From the NCBI GenBank assembly GCA_032161105.1, contig JAVHTD010000001.1: a stretch of 64,000 bases of DNA; one strand, 5' to 3'. How positions within the stretch are numbered: position 1 is the stretch's first letter; every line of letters begins with the position of its first letter. Shown piece by piece: positions 19,545 to 29,018 of this stretch. Position numbers and translations under genes: made by a program. The notes under the pieces are model-generated. The model saw only the letters and a program-made list of their open reading frames with translations. It was not told where the DNA came from and searched no databases. This DNA comes from Candidatus Thermosaccharophagus tengchongensis (lineage in GTDB: Bacteria > Armatimonadota > Fervidibacteria > Fervidibacterales > Thermosaccharophagaceae).

Positions 19545-21892
19545 ACCGTTCATCATGGCAAGACCTTTTGAGCGAGCTCCGCGAGCAAAAGTGGTATCGT
19601 GGTCAGATGCGGCATGTTGAGTTTCAACCGGCAAGGAACGCACAATACGGCGAGCCGACATCGCAAGTTCATCCAAAGGTTGCCGAAGCCCTTAAGGAGA
19701 TCGGTGTGGGAAGGCTATACAAACATCAGGCTCGGGCAGTGGACGCCATCAACTCCGGAAAGCACACGATCATTGTGACTGGAGTGGCTTCGGGAAAGAC
19801 GCTGTGCTACAACATACCAGTGCTGAGCAAGTTGCTCAGTGAGCCGGGCACAACCGCATTTTACATCTTTCCGACAAAGGCTCTCTCCCAGGATCAGCTC
19901 CGCAGGTTGAAGGAGTTGAAGTTGGGCGAGCTTGTCCCGGCGGGCGTATACGATGGCGACACACCGATAGCGGAGCGAAGGAGGATTCGCGAAGTCTGCA
20001 GCCTCGTATTCACAAACCCGGACATGCTCCATTCCGGCATATTGCCGAACCATAAGCTTTGGCGCAGGTTCTTAAGGGGGTTAAAGTTCGTCGTCCTTGA
20101 CGAGCTGCATGTTTATCGCGGTGTCTTCGGAATGCATGTCGCCTCAATCATCCGGCGCTTGAAAAGACTGTGTGAGCTGTATGGCTCATCGCCGTTGTTC
20201 ATCGGCGCATCCGCGACGGTGGGCAACCCGCACGAGCTCGCTGAGGCTCTCTTTGGCGTTGAATGTGAGGTCGTCTCGGATGACACCGGTCAGTTTTATG
20301 GCAGGGTTTTCGTTCTCTGGGAGCCGCCGTGCTTGCCCGACGGCGTTAGGGTCGGGGCGATGACTGAAGCTGTGCGCCTGCTCACATTCCTCATGATGCG
20401 AGGCATACGGACGATAGTCTTCGCACGGTCAAGAGCCGCAGTTGAGTTGCTGCTGCGCTATGCAAGGGAGGAGTTAGCCAAACTCAAACCCAGATTGGTT
20501 AACAAGGTCATCTCATACCGTGCCGGCTACTTGCCGCAGGAGCGCAGGCTCATTGAGCGCATGTTGGCTAATGGCGATTTACTCTCGGTCATCGCCACGA
20601 CTGCCCTTGAACTCGGAATTGACATTGGACACCTTGATGCCGCCATACTCGTTGGCTATCCGGGTAGCATTGCAAGCACTATGCAACAGGCTGGAAGAGC
20701 CGGCAGGATTAGGGAGGGTCTCGCCATACTCATAGCCACGGGCAACCCAGTTGACCAATACATCATCAACCATCCCGAATACATCTTCGGAAGACCGACC
20801 GAAAGGGCAATCGTCAATGTGAACAACTTATACATCCTCGCATCGCATCTCCTTTGCGCTGCATGTGAAGAGCCGCTCACTGATGGCGATGTAACTCACT
20901 TTGGTGGGAGTGCCTTACGAATCCTTGAGGTGTTGTCTGAGGAAAAGCTGCTGGTCAAGGTGAGGTCTGGCGGGACGGGAAAGGTTTGGTATCTTTGGAA
21001 TGCCGATGGTCGCCCGCACGATCAGATAAGCATAAGGTCAATCACGGGAAGCGAGTATGAGATACGGGATGTCTCAAGGGGCAACTTGCTTATAGGGACG
21101 GTTGATGAGGCGAGGGCATTTGCGACCATTCATGAGGGCGCAATCTACCTTCACGCCGGCGAATCATATCGCGTGATGCAGCTTGACATTGACGGGAGAA
21201 CGGCATTCGTAAAGCCATTTGAGGGCGATGAATATACAGTTCCGCTATCTCGGGCGGAGGTGGAGATAACGAAGCCGTTGAGGGAATGGCATGGCTGGCT
21301 CTCAAAGGCATGGTTTGGTGAAGCTAAGATCAGGCAGCGCGTCGTCGGTTATAGGCGCATGAGGATGCGCACTAATGAAGTGATTGAGGTAAAGCCGCTC
21401 AACCTGCCAGAGGTGGAGTATGAGACAGCGGCGCTTTGGATTGTCCCCGATGATGCTGTGCTATCCCACATCCAGCTAAATGGGTTTGACACGATGGGCT
21501 CATTGCATGCAGCGGAGCATGCCCTTGTGGCGTTCATGCCTCTTATAGCTGTATGCGATGAGAGGGATGTGGGCGGCGTTTCATACATGGTTCATCCGCA
21601 AGTTGGGTGTGCGGCAATCTTCATCTACGACGGTTATCCCGGAGGGGCTGGCTTCAGCGAAGCCGCATTTGAATGCATTGAGGGACTCCTAACGGGTGCT
21701 GCCGAGATGATTGAAAAGTGCCCATGCGTAAGCGGTTGCCCATCATGCGTCCAATCACCATCGTGCGGAAACAACAACCACCCGTTGGACAAGGGCGGCG
21801 CCAAAGTGCTGCTCAGGTGTTTGCTAAAAGCCGATTTGGCAGCATCAATGTCATTCGGCTCATCTTTGCGTCATGCCAAAGAGGAGCAGTGA
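19541..21892 (+). CDS. DEAD/DEAH helicase with DUF1998 domain (MrfA/YprA/Hrq1-like)
   Basis: GVASGKT, PTKALSQDQ, TNPDMLH, LDELH, ALELGIDIG, QAGRAGR, and a C-terminal CPCVSGCPSC Cys cluster. Confidence 0.92.
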   Translation: MNRSSWQDLLSELREQKWYRGQMRHVEFQPARNAQYGEPTSQVHPKVAEALKEIGVGRLYKHQARAVDAINSGKHTIIVTGVASGKTLCYNIPVLSKLLSEPGTTAFYIFPTKALSQDQLRRLKELKLGELVPAGVYDGDTPIAERRRIREVCSLVFTNPDMLHSGILPNHKLWRRFLRGLKFVVLDELHVYRGVFGMHVASIIRRLKRLCELYGSSPLFIGASATVGNPHELAEALFGVECEVVSDDTGQFYGRVFVLWEPPCLPDGVRVGAMTEAVRLLTFLMMRGIRTIVFARSRAAVELLLRYAREELAKLKPRLVNKVISYRAGYLPQERRLIERMLANGDLLSVIATTALELGIDIGHLDAAILVGYPGSIASTMQQAGRAGRIREGLAILIATGNPVDQYIINHPEYIFGRPTERAIVNVNNLYILASHLLCAACEEPLTDGDVTHFGGSALRILEVLSEEKLLVKVRSGGTGKVWYLWNADGRPHDQISIRSITGSEYEIRDVSRGNLLIGTVDEARAFATIHEGAIYLHAGESYRVMQLDIDGRTAFVKPFEGDEYTVPLSRAEVEITKPLREWHGWLSKAWFGEAKIRQRVVGYRRMRMRTNEVIEVKPLNLPEVEYETAALWIVPDDAVLSHIQLNGFDTMGSLHAAEHALVAFMPLIAVCDERDVGGVSYMVHPQVGCAAIFIYDGYPGGAGFSEAAFECIEGLLTGAAEMIEKCPCVSGCPSCVQSPSCGNNNHPLDKGGAKVLLRCLLKADLAASMSFGSSLRHAKEEQ

Positions 21893-22012
21893 GATGCACC
21901 TTGAGGTTGTTGGGGCAGCCTTGATTCGTTGACCGATCCGCACGGCTGCGCAATCTTGCAAGTGCTGCTTGCAGCACAAGATGGTTAAGGGATGCCATCG
22001 GGGATGATGTGA

Positions 22013-24664
22013 ATGCACTGCACGGCTCGCATGAGGGCGCTTTGCGAAGATGCGGCTGAGAGGCACTATGAGGGGCGCATTCAATTTAAGTTTGGTAGAT
22101 GGCTCTCGAACTGGCTCATCCTTTTAATCTATCTCGCCGTCCCTGTGGTTTGTGCTGAGGCGCATCAAGCCAGCGTCTTTCGTGGCGAGAACGGGAAAGC
22201 ACAATTCGTCATTGATGGCAAACCGACAGCGCTATTCTTCGCGCGCGGGTTGAACTCACCCGATGAACTTAAGGCATACAAGGAAGCCGGCTTCAACACC
22301 ATTTGGATTGACCTGAGCTATAGCCAAGATGCGCTTGAACAGATCTCGGAAGCTGAGAGGCTGCTTGAGGCTGCTAATGGTGAAGGGTTGTTTGCGGTTG
22401 TGTGCATTGATGCCAAGCCGCCAAAAGGCATTCCCATGTCCGTTTATGATGAGCGCTATATCCACTTTGTGCGTCAGTGGCTCACTCAGGCTGTCAGGCG
22501 GCTCAGCCGACACAGGGGCATAGTTGCGTGGGCGACAACCAACTTCCCGGATGAGCGTGCCGCCGAATGCGGTGGATACAGCGACGACGGCTTCAGGTCA
22601 TACCTCATTCACACTTATGGTGACTTGAAAACGCTCTCCACCGCCTTTGGGGTGCCGATATCTAACTTGCTCGCTCTAACTCAGGAGGGCGCAATGCGCC
22701 TTGATGACCTTCAATCGCCAACGCATTACGGACATGCGTCCATTTCGGGAGCCGTTTACAGGTGGAGCTCGCTGAAGTGGCTCATGTGGTTTTGGGGGAG
22801 GGTAATTCGCGATGCCGACGGCAGCCGCCCGCTGATAACTGGCTTGCTCTCAACCTACCGCAGCATTGCGAGTGTGCCATCAATTTACGATGGCATCGTC
22901 ACAGCAGCATTTCCGCATGCGTGCGAACCCGATTTGCAATCGCACAATGCTCATGCGGTTTCAATTGGCAGGCGCGGAAACGCCTCCATCGTCATTCCGG
23001 TGCTCGCATCGCAGCTTGGCAAAAGCAAGGTATCGCTGTTGCAACTCATTCACTGGGTGCAGCTTGCGGCGTTGAATGGCGCATGCGGGATCGGGTTCAA
23101 TTCGTGGCAGCCATTCAAGTCGGACGAGCAATTGAGAAAAGGTCTTTCGGAGCTGCTGGGCGAGCTCACCGAAACCGGCATATGGCGTGCTGCGCCGATG
23201 ACACACGCTGCCATCCTCTACATCCCATTTGCCGAGGGTGTCGTTCAAGACGGAATGCCCCTTTACGGCTACGCCACACCATGCGGTCATGTGGATGCGC
23301 AGCCGCAGCGCTTGATTTTCGGCGAGCCGAATGCCCTATTCAACGCCTTCAAACTCGGAACGCGCTACGGGCAAGTTGATTGTCTGACCGTTGACTCTCT
23401 ACAGCGCATCAATCCATTGCGCTATAGAGTGATCCTGATGCCATCGCCGTTATTCATCTCACCGCGTGTAGTTGGGCAGACTGGCGAACTGCTTTATGGC
23501 TTCGGGATGCCCATGCCGCCGCCTCACCTTCGCGAATTGGGCTTTGGCGATGAGCCGCTTAACATGCTCCCTCAATGGCTGACGAACTTCGTCGCAAACG
23601 GCGGCGTGCTCATCTCGGACATCGGTGCGAGTTTATCCCCAGCTGGTGAGGCATTCAGGCTAATGCCGCAGGACTTCGCAAAGCTGTTCGGTGTAGCCGG
23701 TGCGAGGATGCTCATCGTTGATCCGAACTTGGCGCTCGGAATGAGCATACTGTTCCCTCACCCGCTATTTCCATCGCTCACGGAGGGCTACATTCTCGGT
23801 GATGGTGAGATGCCGTTCAGAACGATTGCGGCAGTCTTGCGCTTCATGGGCGCGCATCCATATGCGCTAATGATGCGCACGCCGAGGCGCACAAGAAGGA
23901 TAACGAGTGAGGCTGTGGCAATGTGCATCAACCGGTTTGGTAATGGGTTTGCGATCTATGCTCCGACGCTGCTTTGGGCGAATTGGAACACGGCTTCAAG
24001 GAGCTTTGAAGCGTTTCATGGTGACTTGTTGAGAAGGGGTTCGCAAATTGAGCTGCTATCATCGCCGAATTTAATTGACAGCCGGTTGGGCGTTGCGCTG
24101 TTTGACGGTGGCATTGCTGTGGTGAACTCCTCCAATGCAACCCAGCTCGCCTCCATCGGCATTGATGCCAATGTGTATGGTGCAGCTACGCTCACAAGCG
24201 CTTGCACGGAATTCCCAACTGGTGCCAGTTCAAGGCGCATCATCATTCACAAGTTTGTCCAACCGCACGAGCTGGCATTCATCAAGCCATTGCCGATTGC
24301 AGTTGATTGCAAGGGCAGGTTCGTGGCGGTCGTTCAAAGATACGCTAAAGATGGCATCTCCATCTCGCTTTACGGGAGCGATGCGACCATCGGCACTTTG
24401 GATGGCAGGTTAGCTGTAAGCGCAGCTAAGCCGGCGAGGTTTGCTCTCACGATATCGTCTGGCGAGTATGAAATCAAACCGGGCTCAAGGCATGCCATTT
24501 CAATCTCAAGCGCGTCAGGTCTTGAACACGATGTCGGTGGAAAGCCAGCCGAGGGAATCATTTCGGCTGATGCTGATGGCAGATTGAGGCTTGAGGTTAG
24601 CGGTGCCATCGTTCACATCGCCGTGCATGTGGCTGGGCGGGATTCAACGCCGCAACCGAATTGA
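22013..24664 (+). CDS. large hypothetical protein, possibly glycoside hydrolase-like and exported
   Basis: 883-aa ORF with a hydrophobic segment near the N-terminus. KEAGFNTIWI, HRGIVAW and FRSYLIHTYGDLKTL resemble GH42-type TIM-barrel segments. Confidence 0.5.
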   Translation: MHCTARMRALCEDAAERHYEGRIQFKFGRWLSNWLILLIYLAVPVVCAEAHQASVFRGENGKAQFVIDGKPTALFFARGLNSPDELKAYKEAGFNTIWIDLSYSQDALEQISEAERLLEAANGEGLFAVVCIDAKPPKGIPMSVYDERYIHFVRQWLTQAVRRLSRHRGIVAWATTNFPDERAAECGGYSDDGFRSYLIHTYGDLKTLSTAFGVPISNLLALTQEGAMRLDDLQSPTHYGHASISGAVYRWSSLKWLMWFWGRVIRDADGSRPLITGLLSTYRSIASVPSIYDGIVTAAFPHACEPDLQSHNAHAVSIGRRGNASIVIPVLASQLGKSKVSLLQLIHWVQLAALNGACGIGFNSWQPFKSDEQLRKGLSELLGELTETGIWRAAPMTHAAILYIPFAEGVVQDGMPLYGYATPCGHVDAQPQRLIFGEPNALFNAFKLGTRYGQVDCLTVDSLQRINPLRYRVILMPSPLFISPRVVGQTGELLYGFGMPMPPPHLRELGFGDEPLNMLPQWLTNFVANGGVLISDIGASLSPAGEAFRLMPQDFAKLFGVAGARMLIVDPNLALGMSILFPHPLFPSLTEGYILGDGEMPFRTIAAVLRFMGAHPYALMMRTPRRTRRITSEAVAMCINRFGNGFAIYAPTLLWANWNTASRSFEAFHGDLLRRGSQIELLSSPNLIDSRLGVALFDGGIAVVNSSNATQLASIGIDANVYGAATLTSACTEFPTGASSRRIIIHKFVQPHELAFIKPLPIAVDCKGRFVAVVQRYAKDGISISLYGSDATIGTLDGRLAVSAAKPARFALTISSGEYEIKPGSRHAISISSASGLEHDVGGKPAEGIISADADGRLRLEVSGAIVHIAVHVAGRDSTPQPN

Positions 24665-24676
24665 GCACACCAAGGG

Positions 24677-26689
24677 GTGAGAGTGTCCGTGATGCGATTC
24701 ACCAGATCAAGCAGTGACTTCCTTTTGCTGTGGCTCCTCATCGGCATCGGTGTGATTGTCTCACTATATGCCGGGGCGAGTCGGTGGATGGTTGAGAGGG
24801 AAAATCAAACGGTTGCCATTGTGCTTGACTGCAATGAGTTGCAGCGCTTGGGGGCGCTCTCGGGGAAAAGGCTCGGCGAGCTGCTGAACGAATTTAAGCG
24901 CTGCGGGGCTGTGGGCGTTGCAGTGACGGAGATGAGGTTGAGCGATTTGGTCTCGTCGGGTGATGTTGCCATTCTGCCGAGGGCATTATGGGGCACGGTC
25001 ATGGGGCAAGCCGGGAGCTTGAGATGGAAGCCGCAAGATAACAGCATCATGCTCTCGTCGGGAGATTATGCCCTCTTGAAGGCTTTGCATTCGGCGCTCA
25101 GGGCGAAGGTCGGAAGGGACATGTGCAAGCTCATGCTCTCGCACGATGGCGCAGTGCTTTTTGGCAATGCGATGTTGTCCTACATTGGCTCCGAGGGGCT
25201 CGGGATTAATCCGAGGGTAGCTGCCGCGATAAGGGCATCGGGCTTGAGCGTAGTTGCGCGCCTCTCAAACACGCAGCAGCTCACGGATGAGTGGCTCAAC
25301 TATGTCCTGCGGCAAGCCAAGTCAAATGGCGCTGCGCTTTTGGTCTTTGACGGTGAAGAGGTGCTCGGATACAGGGAGCGAATAGGCGATGTCGCAAGGG
25401 CGATGCGAAGGAATGGTCTCTTGATGGCGACGATTGAGTTTGCAAAGCAGCGCGGTGAGCAAAGCCTTGCAAGGGAGCTTGATGGCGCTGTTGTGCGCTT
25501 GCACAGCATAACAAAGCAGGAGATGGCTTTGCAGGCGCACGGGCAGGTCATCCAAAGGTTTGTGAGGGCGGTCTTTGAGCGCGGCATTAGGGTCTGTTAC
25601 ATTCGCATGCCGACGGGGGCTGCAAGCGATTCATTGGAGAGCGCCGGGAGATTAGTCAAGGGGTTAAGCGATGCGCTGCATGCTCGTGGTTTCAGGCTGG
25701 GCATGCCAAAGCCGCTTAAGCAGCCAATGCCAAACAAAGCCGTTCGCATTTTCACGGTGGCAGTCAGTTCAGTAGCAGCCATTGCCGGCTTCGTGCTACT
25801 TCTCGCCGTCGCTTTGCCATCGAGCGCTTCAGCGAGACTTGAACTCCTCTTTGCGTTAAGCGCTATCGCAATAGCATGCTCAATTGCGCTGCACTCCGTT
25901 TGGGTGTTGCTCTGCGCCCTTGCCGTTGCGCTCACTTTCCCAATTCTGGCAGCGTGCGTTGTCCTACAGGAGCATGACAGCGCTGGTGAATCGGACTTGC
26001 GCGATTTGCGTGGATGCATATCGTTGGCTACGGTTAAATTTGCTGCGTGCTCAGCTGTGACATTGTGCGGTGCTGCATTGATCGTCAGCTTGCTCTGCGA
26101 TAGGCGATTCATGGTTGCCGTTGAGCAATTTCGTGGCGTGAAGGTATCGCAGCTCTTCCCGATGCTCATTTTGGCGGTAATGTTGATCAGCGGGTGGTTG
26201 AACGGCGACGATGCGGATTTGCATTTGCGCTTTGAGGCTTCCTTGCGGAGGCTTAAAGGGATGTTCACCTCACCAGTGCTTTGGTGGCATGCCGCAATAA
26301 GCCTCGCTGTCTTGGCGGCTGGGGCATATTGGCTCATACGCACCGGAAACATTGTTCCCGAGGCTGCGCCAACATGGGAGCTCAAGCTCAGGGAGTTGCT
26401 TGAGCGCATGCTCGTTGTCCGCCCAAGATTCAAAGAGGCGTTTATAGGTCATCCGATGCTCATGTTGGCATTCGGGTTGAGAGCGTTAGGGATGAGGCAA
26501 GCAAGCATTCCGCTGTTGCTCGTCGGCTTCATTGGGCAGCTCTCAATGCTGAACACATTCACGCATGTTCACACACCGCTTTGCGTATCGCTTCTGAGGA
26601 CTGCACACGGGCTTTGGATTGGATGGCTCATTGGCTCATTGGCATTAGCGGCGGTTGGCTTCCCAATCGTGAAGGGGAAACGGCAATGA
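24677..26689 (+). CDS. DUF5693-like membrane protein associated with csaB
   Basis: VVRLHSI, RAVFERGIR, EQFRGVK, RPRFKEAFIGHP and NTFTHVHTP, with multiple TM segments. Overlaps csaB via ATGA. Confidence 0.75.
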   Translation: MRVSVMRFTRSSSDFLLLWLLIGIGVIVSLYAGASRWMVERENQTVAIVLDCNELQRLGALSGKRLGELLNEFKRCGAVGVAVTEMRLSDLVSSGDVAILPRALWGTVMGQAGSLRWKPQDNSIMLSSGDYALLKALHSALRAKVGRDMCKLMLSHDGAVLFGNAMLSYIGSEGLGINPRVAAAIRASGLSVVARLSNTQQLTDEWLNYVLRQAKSNGAALLVFDGEEVLGYRERIGDVARAMRRNGLLMATIEFAKQRGEQSLARELDGAVVRLHSITKQEMALQAHGQVIQRFVRAVFERGIRVCYIRMPTGAASDSLESAGRLVKGLSDALHARGFRLGMPKPLKQPMPNKAVRIFTVAVSSVAAIAGFVLLLAVALPSSASARLELLFALSAIAIACSIALHSVWVLLCALAVALTFPILAACVVLQEHDSAGESDLRDLRGCISLATVKFAACSAVTLCGAALIVSLLCDRRFMVAVEQFRGVKVSQLFPMLILAVMLISGWLNGDDADLHLRFEASLRRLKGMFTSPVLWWHAAISLAVLAAGAYWLIRTGNIVPEAAPTWELKLRELLERMLVVRPRFKEAFIGHPMLMLAFGLRALGMRQASIPLLLVGFIGQLSMLNTFTHVHTPLCVSLLRTAHGLWIGWLIGSLALAAVGFPIVKGKRQ

Positions 26690-27765
26690 GCAAAGTCATG
26701 GCGAAGCGGTCAAGGCTCCGTTTCCTCTTGCTCGGTTATTTCGGACATGGCAACCTCGGCGATGAGATGATGCTCGGGGCATTTTTATCCGGCATGCGCG
26801 GGCTCGCCGAATTTGATGCCGTCGTCATAAGCGGTGATGCGGGAGAAACACGGCGCACGCATGCCGTCATGTCAATTCACAAGTTCAACATGTTGGCTAT
26901 AGCCGCGCAAATCCTTGGCTCCAATGCCACAGTCGGGTGTGGCGGGAGCCTGCTCCAAGATGCCACGAGCTTTCGCTCCCTCCTCTATTACGCATCGTTG
27001 CTTTTGCTGTCGCGATGCCTTGGCTCAAAAGCTATACTGCTTGCGCAGGGTCTTGGTCCTTTGAGAAGACAAGTGAGCAGGCGATTGGCTTCATTGGCAT
27101 TGCGCTCGTGCAGCTTACTCACATTCCGCGACACGGAGTCGTTTGAGCTGGCGCTCAAGCTCGGCGCTGAAAGGGATAAGGTGCATCTCACCTCCGATTT
27201 GGCGTTCATCATTGAGCCACCATTTGAGGCTGCACCGCCATCGGGGCAAATCGGACTCTCCATAGCGGTGCGTGATTGGCGCGGCGCTCATGAGGTTGCA
27301 AAATGCATAGCTCAAGGCGTGCTCACTTTCACCCCACGAATTTCCTCTGTGCGCTGCATAAGCTTCTCAAGGGAAGATGAGCCACTGAGTGAATGGCTCT
27401 GTGAGCAGCTGGGCTCACTTAATGCCGTGCACATTGCGCCAACATCAATCTACGACCTCTGGAAGGCAATTGACGGGGTTCACTTGCTCATCGGTGTCAG
27501 GTTGCACTCCCTCATCGCAGCATGCATGGTTGGTGTGCCAACAATCGCAATCAGCTATGACCCAAAGGTGAAGGCGTTCATGAATGCATTTGCACCGCAC
27601 CTTTGCATACCTTGGGATGAGGTCTCGGCTGAGCGCATAGTTGAGTGCATACTTGAATGCTTGGACGGATGGAGCAAACTGCACGAAGCAGCTTTGCAAT
27701 TTGCGCTCACATCAAGGGCGCTGTCCAAACGCAACTTGACGCTCCTCCTTGATGTGCTCCCTTGA
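26686..27765 (+). CDS. csaB: polysaccharide pyruvyl transferase CsaB
   Basis: GYFGHGNLGDE, GGSLLQDATSFRSLLYY, AQGLGPL, TFRD, RLHSLI, ISYDPKV. Confidence 0.88.
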   Translation: MSKVMAKRSRLRFLLLGYFGHGNLGDEMMLGAFLSGMRGLAEFDAVVISGDAGETRRTHAVMSIHKFNMLAIAAQILGSNATVGCGGSLLQDATSFRSLLYYASLLLLSRCLGSKAILLAQGLGPLRRQVSRRLASLALRSCSLLTFRDTESFELALKLGAERDKVHLTSDLAFIIEPPFEAAPPSGQIGLSIAVRDWRGAHEVAKCIAQGVLTFTPRISSVRCISFSREDEPLSEWLCEQLGSLNAVHIAPTSIYDLWKAIDGVHLLIGVRLHSLIAACMVGVPTIAISYDPKVKAFMNAFAPHLCIPWDEVSAERIVECILECLDGWSKLHEAALQFALTSRALSKRNLTLLLDVLP

Positions 27766-27767
27766 GC

Positions 27768-28961
27768 TCACTCCGACTTGAACGGCAAATGCATTAGGGC
27801 TGCCCTTCTCCTTGTTGTGGGCTTGCCATCAAGCAAAATGAACGGAGCACATCGCTCAATTGCCACACCGAGCGCCATAAGCTGCTCAACTGATGTGAGC
27901 TTGCGTTCCCTTCTCGCCCTGATGATACGCTCAGCAGCGGTCACTCCGATCCCCGGAACGCGCAAAAGTAACTCCTTCGGTGCTTCATTCACCTCAACTG
28001 GGAATGCATCCATGTGCGAAGTTGCCCATGCCATCTTCGGGTCAACATCAAGCGGCAAGTTGCCGGCGTCGTCAAAGACGAGCTCATCAAGTTCAAACCC
28101 GTAGAAGCGAAGCAGCCAGTCAGCTTGGTAAAGTCTCAATTGCCTTTGTGGGGATGTTGGTGGGTGGTTTTCCATTGGCGTGCCCGGTATCGGCATGAAG
28201 CCGCTGTAGTAAGCGCGGTGCAATCCGTGTTGCCTGTATAGAAGCCATGTTGTGCTCAATATCTCACGGTCGGACTCGCCCGCAGCGCCGACGACAAGCT
28301 GCGTTGTGTAACCGCACTTTAGCGTCTCCCCTGCACAGTCGCCTATTAGCGTGAGCGTCTTCCATATCTCCCCTTCAAAATCCTTGCTTGGGGCAATTGC
28401 CTTCAGCCTGCTCGCATTTGGCGCTTCAAGGTTGCACGATAGCCTGTCGGCAAACTTTGCCGCTTGCTTTATAGCCTCTTCGCTTGCCCCCGGCATGACT
28501 TTCAAATGCAGATAGCCGCGATAACCGAGCTTGCGCCGCAGGATGATGGCTGTGTCTATGAGCTTCTCCATTGTGGCATCGGCGCTGCCATGAACACCAG
28601 AACTCAGGAATAGCCCACTGACAAGCCCTCTGCGATACATCTCCATGAATGCCGTTGCAAGCTCATGTGGTGTTAGGCTGATAACTCGCCTGTCAACGAG
28701 GCAGCTCGTAGCACAGTAGCGGCAGTCATTTCGGCAGGCATTCGTCAGCAGCGTTTTAAGCAACCGCACTTTCCTCGTGCCCCTGCGTGATGGCGCCTTT
28801 GCAACATAAATGGACTTAACGAGCCTGCCAATCAGGCGCTGAGTTGCGGCAACGCCGCTCGGTGTTAGCAGCTGTGTCTCTTCAAATGGGTCGGCGACTT
28901 CAACGCATGCCTCCAGCGAGAGCAATTTCAATCTCTCTTGTATGTCCATCTTGCTCACCAT
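27768..28961 (-). CDS. putative DNA modification/repair radical SAM protein with helix-hairpin-helix
   Basis: LKTLLTNACRNDCRYC (CxxxCxxC), GLFLSSG, GYLHLK, RLYQADWLLRFYGF, LLRVPGIG. Confidence 0.9.
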   Translation of the reverse strand: MVSKMDIQERLKLLSLEACVEVADPFEETQLLTPSGVAATQRLIGRLVKSIYVAKAPSRRGTRKVRLLKTLLTNACRNDCRYCATSCLVDRRVISLTPHELATAFMEMYRRGLVSGLFLSSGVHGSADATMEKLIDTAIILRRKLGYRGYLHLKVMPGASEEAIKQAAKFADRLSCNLEAPNASRLKAIAPSKDFEGEIWKTLTLIGDCAGETLKCGYTTQLVVGAAGESDREILSTTWLLYRQHGLHRAYYSGFMPIPGTPMENHPPTSPQRQLRLYQADWLLRFYGFELDELVFDDAGNLPLDVDPKMAWATSHMDAFPVEVNEAPKELLLRVPGIGVTAAERIIRARRERKLTSVEQLMALGVAIERCAPFILLDGKPTTRRRAALMHLPFKSE

Positions 28962-29018
28962 CGGAATGACCCTCGCATATGTGCGCACTCGCTGCTGTCA
29001 CCAATGATGGCGCATGTT

